Assembly (NCBI RefSeq): GCF_964355755.1
Contig: NC_092674.1
Coordinates: 22,072,001 to 22,136,000, forward strand
Reading direction: 5' to 3'
Origin: Antedon mediterranea
Lineage: Eukaryota > Animalia > Echinodermata
Length of the DNA: 64,000 bases
The notes below the pieces were generated by a model. The model worked only from the letters and a program-made list of their open reading frames with translations, did no database searches and was not told where the DNA came from. The translations under genes and the position numbers were made by a program. Every line of letters begins with the position of its first letter. Position 1 is the first letter of the stretch. Shown here piece by piece: positions 1 to 10,832 of this stretch.

Positions 1-248
1 TCTAAAAAAGGTTAGTGGGTATAACAATTGTAGATATTGTATAGTTGAGTACTGTTATACTGTACTAATCATCGTTTATTAAACTTCTGGTATATTTTGT
101 TTATGCTATTCGTGCTTTGTGTAATGACATATTAATACGTTTTTGATATAGTTCAACAAACTTGTCATACAAAATATTAAAAATACAAATACTTGGAAAT
201 AGGCACAATTAAAATAAACATTATTTAGAAAAATATGCTTGTTTCTAC

Positions 249-3200
249 CTTAGCAGTTGGTATATAGATGAAGTTCCTCTTTAAGCCTTGGATTTCCTGT
301 TGGACTTGTAACCATTTTATTGGCAAAGTACGGATCATTTTCTTGGACAAATCAAGTATTTTTTCGATGATGTTAAAACCGTTGCTCTTGGCAAATGGTA
401 GACTGTTTTCAATTGTAAAAATAATTGAACACACCATTGCCCTGTATGGTTTGCCTTTTAGAGCTTCTTGGATTGTTTTCTTTATTTCTGCAAGCTGTAA
501 TGAAGTGAACCAGGGTGTCATCATTATTATCTAAATGTACTGTCATAATATAAACACGTGGCGGTAAAAAGATGTTTTGACAAGATTTTGAAAATATCAA
601 AACAAAAATGAAATCAATTCTTCAGTTTGACAATTGTTAACAATAAAAACATACTATCTAAAAATACTTTCTCTATTATTTTACCTTGCGTTTCTTTTCT
701 GCTTCACTACCTTTAAGGCCATTTAAATGTGTACCTATCAATAATACATGAGGACAAAGGAGACCTTCTATTTTCTTTGCGTCAGATCTACTGTTTGTGT
801 ATATTGAACAAATCCAATAAAGGATGAAATCTAGATTTGTCATTCGATGTTTGTACATTTTACCCTAAATACAAAATTAACATCGTTAGATAAGTTTGAG
901 ACTTGTATTTCCAAGAGAGTTGTAGGTATATCCATTTTAGTTGATTATTAATACATTACAATAAAGTGAAATTGATCACAGTCTATCACTTTAGGTTAAG
1001 TCAGTCATTGTGGGTTATCATTGAGAAAAGCATTCCTATTCTACATTCCACAACTGAACGTCTTTAGGGCTGTTTTTCCCAGTACCCTTTGTTGCATTTC
1101 CTAATAACAGCCGCATTTCCGGCAAATATTTCAAAACTTGTTCATTGGTCGACTCTACTAAAAGATTTAAGAGTAACCAAACTCGCCGGATTGTTTTGGA
1201 TAAGAAATTTGCAAAATGCAACAATGGGTACTTCCAAAAAAAGTTGTTGCCTACCTAGGGTAGAGGCTTCCCTGATTTAAACAAAAAAAACCTGTATTTA
1301 TCTATACTGTCAGATTGTGGTAAACATTCTTCGTATGAGAATGGCACAACTCATATTAGCGAAACACAACATCACTCAATAGCAAATTTCAGAGTTATTA
1401 ACTAAAAGTATGAATAGAGTGACAAAACATCCAGACAATTAAAGTAGTGGGATCTCCTATGGTAATAGAGTGCCAAGACCAATTAGAGAAGTGGAAGTTT
1501 AAGAGAAATATGGATTTCTAAATCAGTCATTGTATGCTTAACATGTTGTTGTGAATAACCAAAGTGCTGCCTCAAATAATAGGCGTTATGTTTTTATCAA
1601 TTATCAATTGTGACCAATTACAAATAATACAGTAAATAACTAAACAAGCACAAAATATGCTACGCCTTACAGTTGTTGGGTCCAAGACCATAGCTGGTGC
1701 CTCCAGATCATGACACAGGTTGAATACTACACAAATAACAGCAAATGAAACCATGAAGATCTACCGGTATGATATTATTATTATTATTAATTGAATTTTA
1801 CAAATGATGTGTATTGTTGTGTATAAAAAAATGTACTCGATTTGTTTAATGGTGCGCGGCAATTGCGAACTGCACACTGTCTAGCACATTCTATGTGAAT
1901 ACAAGAGAAAATACTTTACCCGCTGTATCACATGATAAATTGGTTGTCCTCCGAAGTCCCAAATATTCATCACAAACTTGTTATTAGACTCCTGGTTGTC
2001 ACTCCCTTCTTTCTGAAACTCAATCTCTAATAATTTATGGATGTTAGGAGGAATCTCTGACTGCATTTTTTCTTTCCCTTCTTCATATGCCAGTTCTAGT
2101 TTATAATTTAATAAAATTATACATTTTAATTCTTTTCAAATTCTGCAAATATGAATCAAAATTGCGCATTTGCTTTACATGTACTATGTTCTTTTTTTCT
2201 ATGGGTTCAAAAGGAAACTGCCTCCGCTCGAGTGCAGTTCAGTCGGATGTTGCACTGTTAACTCTACGCACACATAACCTTGATATTGTGTTTAAAGAAA
2301 AAACAAGGACAACACGTAAGGAATGAGACAATTGTGTTATGAGTTAGAACTCAATATCTCTACTACACTTACATTTTAGCTAGATTTCTTTTTCTATATC
2401 ATTGAAAGAGTATATACTTCTCTTTGTTTGCATATTTGTAGTTTGTATGCATAGTAGCTAGATAAAGGCGATTCCAAATATCAAGAATCTAATTGCCTAA
2501 ATTGTTTCAAATATAGTATTAATTTTCGAACGAATGTAATTTTATGGGATGGAATTACACTAGACTTACCTCCACATTCTTCATCTGTTTTTGTGGATAG
2601 GTCTGGATTTTGTGTTAACTGTGTTTCAACATGTGATTCTACAGTAGCATTTGTTAAAAGGGTTTCAGGTTGTTCTTCTCTTAAATCGTTTTCTGCGGAT
2701 ATTGTTGTATTTTGTTTTTCTTTCACCCGTTTTACCACTTCTCTTGCAATGACATTCTCGTATAGGCCTATGTCAGAAGCTTCAGCTTTAAAAAGTTGTG
2801 TTTGTTTCTTTATTATAAGTCTTGGTATTGTTGTTATACTTATTATTTTCATTATCAATACATACTCCCGAAAATACTATTATGTTCACATTTTTGCTGG
2901 TAATGTGAAGCGTGTGTGTCAAGTTTCATTAAATCACATTTATTGTTTTTAAATGTACAATTAAATTCAGAATTTCAGAAAATCGACGTACTGTAGTTAC
3001 GGTCGGCAACATCAGTTCATAAAATAAAAGTTATGTGCACAACTATTATAATATACCTGCTAGTCAACATTTGTGAACATTTTCCGAAAAACTGTGAACA
3101 ATTAAATAGAAAAGTGGATAGCCTAGTTATAGTATTACAGGTAGTATAGTTTGAGAATTAAAATTATTGTTATAAGATGTCGCTCTGTTCGCGCGTTTTT

Positions 3201-6200
3201 GCGCACACGTCTCTTGCAGACAGATCATTTTGTGCACGTAATTTAAGACTAAAGCATGGTTCTTAGGACACAACGACGTAATGTATCAACGCAATGTATC
3301 GATGCAAAGTGCCACTGTGTAATTATAAGTTGGAACCGAAAAAGAGATTGCAATATTTGAAAGCTTGTTACGTATCGTTGTACGGTATACTTACCAGTCT
3401 CTTGTGATTTTTCTTCCAAAATGATATCATCAACACTTTCTTGAGTGCACACCCTTGTTGTTGCTATGGCATCGGTAATGTCATGCTTTGGATTAAAACT
3501 GTAAAAGAAAATGTTTACTGCATTACAGTATATATAACTTAAAAACAAACAAGTAAAAATATGCAATTATTAAACCTCAATAATCACAGAAATAACGGAA
3601 ATAAATTATAAATGTTGTCAAAACTAAGTATTATCATGCGTTTAGAGTACACATGCAGGCAATCATTATAACCAAACTTAAGTTCCACATCATTTTTCGG
3701 TAACTAAAATTTAAAATTACAGTTATATTAAACTAAACTTTTACTGTATATATCACGTGATTTGTTAATACTACGTTATGTATGACAAGTGAATATGTTG
3801 AATTGTAATTGAATAATGGTTTGTGGAAGTGTTATGTGGAAATTCATCTAAAAATACAACACAGTATACATTATGAAGCTGGAGATGCCAAAACTTTTTA
3901 AAAATAATAATCTTGTTTACAAAGTTTGAACTACAAAAAGGATAACATGAATGTTATTTTAATAAATTGTCAGCGTTTGCATAATTGAGAAAGTTTAGTG
4001 TTTTTACTAGTGAAAACATATTTGATTGAAAAAAAAATATGGTAAAAACACATTGTTGATTGGGTAATATATTTCAAATATAATCTCGACTAACACTTTT
4101 AATTTATTTGACTGTTTAAAAGCTATGTTTACCTTTTCCTTAATAAGGAATTGATTGTAGAAGTTTTTCCAACTCCCTCAAGGCCTACAAAAATAGTTCT
4201 GCCTTGACTAACTTCAGTTTCCCCTTCTAGCAGTGCTTCATTGAATGCCTTTACTGCTTCTGGTCCTCGAGCTTGTATCTCCCATGGAGCTAATAGTGAA
4301 AATAAAAGGAAAAATGCTGGGTAGATTCATGAAAAAAAAATATTTTGCTTCGTTTACACTATCTACATAAATTATTCAACAATGTTTGACAAGCAACAGT
4401 AATCACTCGAAATTTACTATAGCAAGGCGTTTGACTTGATTGACCATGACTTAGCTATTTATTTATTTATTATTATTTATATTACTTATTATTCCCTGTA
4501 TCTGCGATTGTTTAATTTAGCACCAGTTATAACGTGTAAGCGTGTGGGTCGATATGTGCCACAAGAAACGGCGTTTTGATTGATTCAAGAGACAAGCTGG
4601 CCGCTTTAATTTACAGCAGAATTCCATGTGACTCACCTACAGGAAAGTATAGATCCTTTGTTAGAGTGAACTGAGGAGATGGTACTTGACAGCCGGTTAG
4701 TTGGCTTACTTCTCTATTCACACGTGTTAGCATGTCTAGAATATGATTAGTTTGATGACGTTCTTTTAAAACTCTTGTCAGGGTTCTGATAAAAACCGAA
4801 CCACTTTTGGTGTTGCTCATTTCTTTGGTTTTAGGTGCCGTAGAGTATCCAAACAGGAAATCGACATCATTGGGAATGTTGTCAAACGAATCATCTTTCT
4901 CCTTAGTTCGGCTAGCTTGTATAAAGAATACTTTTGGTTTGGAATGAAGACTTTCACATTTATCTGCTCGGAGATTACTGGCAAGTTGTAACATATTACA
5001 CGTTTTTCCATCACTACCAAAAACTTCTCCAAGTCTACCGTCAGACAATATACAACAGACAAAACAATCGTATTGTGAATGATCTCGTCTTCGCATTTCG
5101 TCCATCACATCCGTCATTTCCTGCGCAGTTTGATCGCGTTTCACTTCGACAATGAATCCCAAATATGTAAAAACACGTTCCAGCTCAACTGTTGAGAAAC
5201 ATACAGTACCAGCATTATCACAATATTACTTTATTAAATTATGAAAGTCTTTTATTTTGACATTGAATATTTTTGATGTTTGAATTGTGTTTAATTGCTT
5301 TCATTCTTCTAAACACGTTACTTGTAATGTCTTTGATATTCAGATATAATTTAAATCACTGACTAATGAAACTTATACCTTCATCATCAACTGCAGCACC
5401 AGTTCTGTCTGACAAGTTTTCTGCAAAGCTAATGTTGTTAATTATTAGGCATATTCCTCGTTGGTTGCTAGTCATTTTGTATTTAGGCCTGCCTCTACCT
5501 GGTATAACAAAATAATTTAAAAATATAGTAATACAAATGCCATTTATTAAATGAACTAATTATAAAGTACTATAATGTAACGTGCGTAACATTTAAAATG
5601 ACATCTAGTCTATATTTTACGTTTGGATGTCCATATTTATATTGTCATGAGCACATTATTTTTAAATTTGACAAAGAATTACAATTACCATTATTTCCAC
5701 AATCTATTTTGCTAATATCAATTTGTAAAAATAGGCATTATCGGTGGTGACGAGGGTAACATTAATTATGTATTGTGTACCCTACCGCTGAAGTAGTGCC
5801 TAGAATTTACTGTTACCCATAATTCAAAAACCAGATTGGCCACTAAGACCAATTGTGGACAACAATAATTCAGTATTTTATTACGTCTCCGAGGCAAAGT
5901 TGGTGTGATTTAACGGATAGCATGTAACTAATTCAAAAGAACTGGCAGACAATTTTAAACAGGTTAGAGTGATCGATAATGATTGATGACCCAATTTGAC
6001 GTTGTTTCCTTATTTACAAACATTCCCACAGCATAAGGTAAATAACATCGACCCATCTAATAGCATCACGTTCACTACAGAGATAATGTCGGGGAACAAA
6101 ATATCATTATCATGAAAACATGATTTAATAACAAACAGCATTCCGACCAATCCAATAATCACACACCACAGAGATAATATCGTGGAACAAAATATCAATC

Positions 6201-6586
6201 ATTCTTAGACATGATGATCACAATAAACTTAATACATTATTTACCACTAATCAATTTAAAAAATGGTCTGGTTCATCCGAAAGTTTAAATTAAAACAGAA
6301 GACGTTGGAGAAAAGGGACGTGCTCTTAAGATAAGAATAGGAGACCATAAAAAGGACTTCACCACACATAATCAAATGGTGAGAACAAGGGTTAATAGTT
6401 ATATCGTTCCAGGTGTTTCACAAATCGGCTATCAGGGATTATGCAATAAGAAATGACCATGTGCCAAATTAAAATTAATTAATACACAACATAAGAATAG
6501 AAAGATGTGTATAATAATAAAAACGAGATAATGTTTGATAATTCAAATGAACAACAAACTACTTTACCTTGCTTCTGGGTCGCCAT
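249..6586 (-). CDS. Pseudo-caspase (caspase-8-like fold, catalytic His/Cys lost) fused to ROC GTPase and COR start; 3' end beyond the window
   Basis: Hand-assembled exons, all GT/AG and phase-compatible: 6586-6568 (MATQKQ, tentative start), 5498-5379, 5188-4637, 4289-4133, 3498-3395, 2785-2570, 2095-1920, 1760-1671, 864-685, 494-249; 620 open codons. Caspase motifs GICLIINN, CFVCCILSDG, KPKVFFIQASR; ROC motifs GLEGVGKTS, WDFGGQ, IGTHLN; COR-like LPIKWLQVQQEI. Confidence 0.85.
4133..4289 (-). CDS. First ROC exon (P-loop) of the fusion gene; not in the ORF track
   Basis: Reads APWEIQARGPEAVKAFNEALLEGETEVSQGRTIFVGLEGVGKTSTINSLLRK, resembling the pre-ROC helix plus GxxxxGKT of invertebrate Roco proteins; phase 1 in, phase 2 out, matching both neighbours. 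Confidence 0.9.
4350..4455 (+). mobile_element. Short LINE reverse-transcriptase remnant in the caspase-ROC intron
   Basis: About 4418-4453 reads YSKAFDLIDHDL, matching the D(Y/F)SKAFD motif of CR1/L2/Rex-type RTs. Confidence 0.5.
4637..5188 (-). CDS. Inactive caspase p20/p10 exon of the fusion gene
   Basis: Overlaps ORF 4611..5162; SDG and QASRT replace SHG and QACRG; strong donor GTAG|gtgagt at 4637/4636. Confidence 0.92.
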
Positions 6587-7440
6587 ATCCACTGACAAAT
6601 CCTGTGAGACTTGCACAAGATGGTCTATTTATGTTTTTTCTCGCTTTCGCTGTCAAATAAAAGATTACAAAATATGAGTCAATTCAATTCAACATCAATA
6701 ATAGTATTTACAATTACAAACCCATTAAAATGAGTATCATTTGGTCGAGGAACGACATAGAGATACAAAGAAGTATGTTACTGCCACACCTTATCATAGA
6801 TACATACAAAAAAAACAAAGTAAAAAACATTAAAAATCATTATACATAACCATTAAAACAATTAATGACAATTGTACAACACAAGATCAAATTATAAATA
6901 GTAAACTTTAATTTAATTAATGTTTTTAAATTTTATATTTTTTTAAATTTAAATATCCAATAATACACAATTTATAATATAAATATATTTATTACAATAC
7001 AATTACAATTACAATTACAATTACAATTTACAATTTATTATTGTTACTCACATTGGCATTTTTATGGATAATCAATTTGGTTTTGAATGTTGAACGTGTT
7101 TTTGCAGATTGTTTATATTATTGTGACATTGAGTCATCTACTTAATGGAATGTTTCCTAGAAGTTAGGAAACGACGCTCTTAAATTGCTGCCGGTTCCTT
7201 AAAGAATATGTCCATCAATAGTATCTACATTTTTTTTCTGTCTGTTAGGCATACCTAATGGTGATAACATTGACTCTAATGCACGTTATTATAATACTAT
7301 AAAAATGCTTTAGATACGGTAGGCTGTATATATATTTTTACGTGATTTTCATTGTATTTTCATTTGTAACAAATTGGTTAATTAATTTGAAATAATTTCA
7401 TTTATAACGAGTTGTTATATCGATTATGCTTCTCAAGAGT

Positions 7441-8255
7441 TTTCATCAATTTTATATTGTGGACATTTCTACATTTTGTGTTAGTCCAGTTAAGAAAACT
7501 ACTCATTGAGCCTACCTTCTAACGTACAAATATAGGCGCGCCTGTTATAATTTTAAACGATGTGAATGAGTGGCCGAGCGGTTAAGACAGTGAAACCGTA
7601 ATCACGTAGCCAAAACATCGGCAGGGGTTCGAGGCTCACTCACTCCATGGTTCTGGTGGTAGAACGAGTCTTCTCGGATAAGGACTATAAACCGTAGGTC
7701 CAGTGTACACAACTTGCTCGTGTGCACTTTAAAGTAGTAACTAGTACATCTTTCGAGACGAATAGAGGGTTACCCCGGTGTATTAGTACACCACAGCCAC
7801 TGATCACCAACTGGGCCCTCTGGAAGATCAGTCTTTGACTGAAGAGGTCACCCAGTATAAAGATAAAACAATAAAATAATAAATAATAATAAATAAATAA
7901 ATAAATAATTCCGAGGTTTATTTATTTTTGTATCTAATAAATGTATTCCTAATAAAAGAAGAAAAAATACAATAAAAAAAGAAGAAATATTTTTTGATGA
8001 GTATTTTGTTTTCACATTTTTTCATCAATTTGATATTGTGGACATTTCTACATTTTGTGTTACTTAGTCCAGTTAAGAAAACTACTTATTAAGCCTACAT
8101 TCTAACGTACAAAAATAGGCGCGTCTGTTATCATTTTAAACGATCCCGAGGGTAACTTTATTTATTTTTGTATATAATAAATGTATTCCTAATAAAAGAA
8201 GAAAAACTACAATAAAAAAAGAAGAAATATTTTTTCATGAGTATTTTGTTTTCAC
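7441..8255. repeat. Local tandem duplication, first copy interrupted by the SINE
   Basis: 7441-7560 matches 8021-8143, and 7910-8015 matches about 8145-8255. Confidence 0.85.
7561..7909 (+). mobile_element. tRNA-headed SINE with a Nin/Deu-like central domain and (AAT/AAAT)n tail
   Basis: A box TGGCCGAGCGG, B box GGTTCGAGGC, central GGATAAGGACTATAAACCGTAGGTCC...TTACCCCGGTG; absent from the adjacent duplicate at about 8143. Confidence 0.8.
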
Positions 8256-8304
8256 AAGTTAATATTTTACTGGCGTCAATTAAGATTAATTTAAATGTAA
8301 ATAT

Positions 8305-8430
8305 ATTTCATTTCATTTATTTATTCGACCAAAAAACAGACACAGAACAGAACAGAAACAAAGCACAATGGCCAGGGGCAACTAAAGCAAACAATTACTA
8401 TAACTCAAAGAGTCAGTTGCCCCTTAAAAA
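8305..8430 (-). repeat. Dispersed retroposon 3' end with (ATGAA)n tail; second copy on + at about 29270-29385
   Basis: Near-identical GTTGCCCCTG(G/A)CCATTGTGCT...GGTCGAATAAATAAATGAAATGAA at both sites. Confidence 0.65.
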
Positions 8431-8848
8431 ACATCGAAATACAAAAAGTAAGTAAAGCATTGTATAAGCTTATAAAAAAGTCTCTTAATACTCAAATTTA
8501 GTATAAGGGATCGCTACATAAATATACAAAACTAGAGGGTACTCCGAGAGTAGAAACCTCCGCCTACTGTAAAATGCCCCTACATAAAATGTCCCCGGAA
8601 AATATATATATATATATTTTTTACCTTTTTTTTTAGTCCTAAGTGTAAATAGGCTAAATGCACACTACAAAGTTGTGGAAGAAAGATTGGTGCAATGGTT
8701 ACGTATTTTTGTTTTTTAAATCATACTAACAAAAGGATTTTCTTTTTTGTGAAGAAACAAGACATTCTGCATTTATTTTAGTTTGTAAGAATAACTTACA
8801 CTTCGGCGTTAATTCTACAGGTTTCAAATAAGAATAATTTAATGTAAA

Positions 8849-10078
8849 CTAGATGGTACGCGAGCGAAGCCCACAGATAAACGTTCTCGAATACACAGTA
8901 ATTTCAGCGTAAAAAAAACCTGGCGATTTCAAATGTACCGCAGGACTATAATACATTGTCGTTTACAGAAACGAATAATTAGACACGATGATTTATGTAG
9001 TCAACTAATAGTAGCACCCTGGGAATTACTTCTGAAAGAGAAAGTTGTCACAAAATGAGTCCAATGTTTGATTTGGACTCGTTTAAGCAAACGCAATTTG
9101 TGTTGTATGTAACATTAAGGTTGAGGGAAGGTGAAAAGAGGAACAATTTTTAAATATATTCTTTATCAACTCAGCAACGAAATATTTGTTTACGTTTTAT
9201 AGGCCTATAAATAATATACCACATATAAAACATTTGCGATTTAATACTTTGTTAAAACTGTCACATGTGACGATACACCACTACGTTTATATTTTTTGTA
9301 ATTATTAATTAATACAAACGTTGAGAAGCAACTGTCAGTAATATTGTTTATTTGTATATTATGTGTTTATAATCTAACAGTGGGGTCTCCCACACGTACA
9401 CTCACAGTAATACAGTTTATTTGTATATGTTTTATTATTATATATAACAGTACCAACACTCACAGTAAGAAATTTGCGATTCAAATGGCGACCAAAATTG
9501 GTTAATAGGTATTAGGCCTATTGCAATACTATATCTTAAGGTTTTAAGTTTATTCTCTAAGGGCACATAAATTGTGTTAAACCATGGAGGCAATTGGTTT
9601 AACCAAATAATTTGGAATGTTCCATTTATCGCAAATCAATACATTTGTATAAACGTATATTAAATCTATCAAAATAGTATTTTTTAAAGAAAATCGGCCT
9701 GTCTTCAACATTATGATGCTGTACTCTAGCTGTTCAACCAGTTTTCAGCTATTAAAAACAATTATCGTAGGAGGAGATAGGAAAATGCGAAGCATCCCCG
9801 TATTATTGTGTGCGGTGTTTTTCAAGATGGACATCCATTAGACAGTGTATACCACGATCGGAAAACACCCCTATATGGGGCAAATCGTTGAACCTAAATT
9901 CGTTTTAATCGTCAATAACTAATTATCGAACCCAATTTAATTAGTAAACCCGGATTACACCAGGTGGTTAAAATCAGTACCGAAAGTACGAACCAACTTT
10001 ATTATACCATCGAGTAAACATTCTAGAAATAACGCACGATTTACCGAATTTTTTCCTTACGTAAATGTATATATAGAT
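8849..10078 (+). mobile_element. Non-autonomous Helentron/Helitron-like repeat, family A
   Basis: Starts ACTAGATGGTACGC, ends CCTTACGTAAAT(G/T)TATATATAGA; homologous to copies at 10833, 17604 and 24566. Confidence 0.55.
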
Positions 10079-10281
10079 ACATGGTACAGGGACAGAAAGG
10101 GACATTCATGTTTCCACAGTATGCAGTAAGGTTACGTTGCTTCTAACAGTTATTTGCCATAAAGAAAATACTAAATTTGCTTTAATTTCCTACATGTCTC
10201 AATGTTTAAAACATGTATTACTACTATTGGTATTAATATAATAAAGAAATCTTAATAAAATTGAAATTGCTTTATTTGGGC

Positions 10282-10410
10282 TTACCTTTTCTTGAGAAAC
10301 AAGAACTATGCCTTTAGTCCATTTCGTTCCGTTTTTAATAATGCCCCACAATATGCATGCAACACCATGAAGGAAATAGAATATTGATAGTTTCCTGTTC
10401 AAATACATCA
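10282..10410 (-). promoter_or_regulatory. Putative non-coding first exon/promoter of the fusion gene
   Basis: Minus-strand donor AAG|gtaag at about 10285, plus block CAACACCATG(A/G)AGGAAATA(G/A)AATATTGATAGTTTCCT shared with 23172-23210 upstream of the paralog. Confidence 0.45.
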
Positions 10411-10832
10411 AACTAAGCATTTGAAACTACACATATGCACACCAACGACTGTGCATATAGAGTTTTACTAGTGTAGGCCTACTGTTCTTGAATGATTATG
10501 CAGTTTGTAAATTATTTAATGTATTTTAGATTTGTATAATGGTCTCTTAGATGATAGATTTTTTTTGTAATTTCATGTGTATGTTTAAATATTTTCTACC
10601 ATGACCAATGGAATTTTCCAGTGTGGGATAACAATGTTTTATAATATTCCTAAATAATATTCTTGTCATTTTATTGGACGATTGTCACATGGCGTTCAAT
10701 AGATCATATTATTTAACGGTCGTGTGATACTTTCCTTTTTTTCTTGTACGAAAAGCGTATAGTCCAACGCAGCGGAACTGACACTTTATTAGGTTTATAT
10801 GATTTTAATTTATAATATGAGTAATTATACAA

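Noticed and set aside
1036-1280. Extra ROC exon suggested by short ORFs
   Set aside because: No motif; the flanking exons already join in frame, and the candidate acceptor leads to an early stop.
6295-6362. GIY-YIG-like peptide VGEKGRALKIRIGDHKK
   Set aside because: Too short to call; at most a tiny Penelope remnant.
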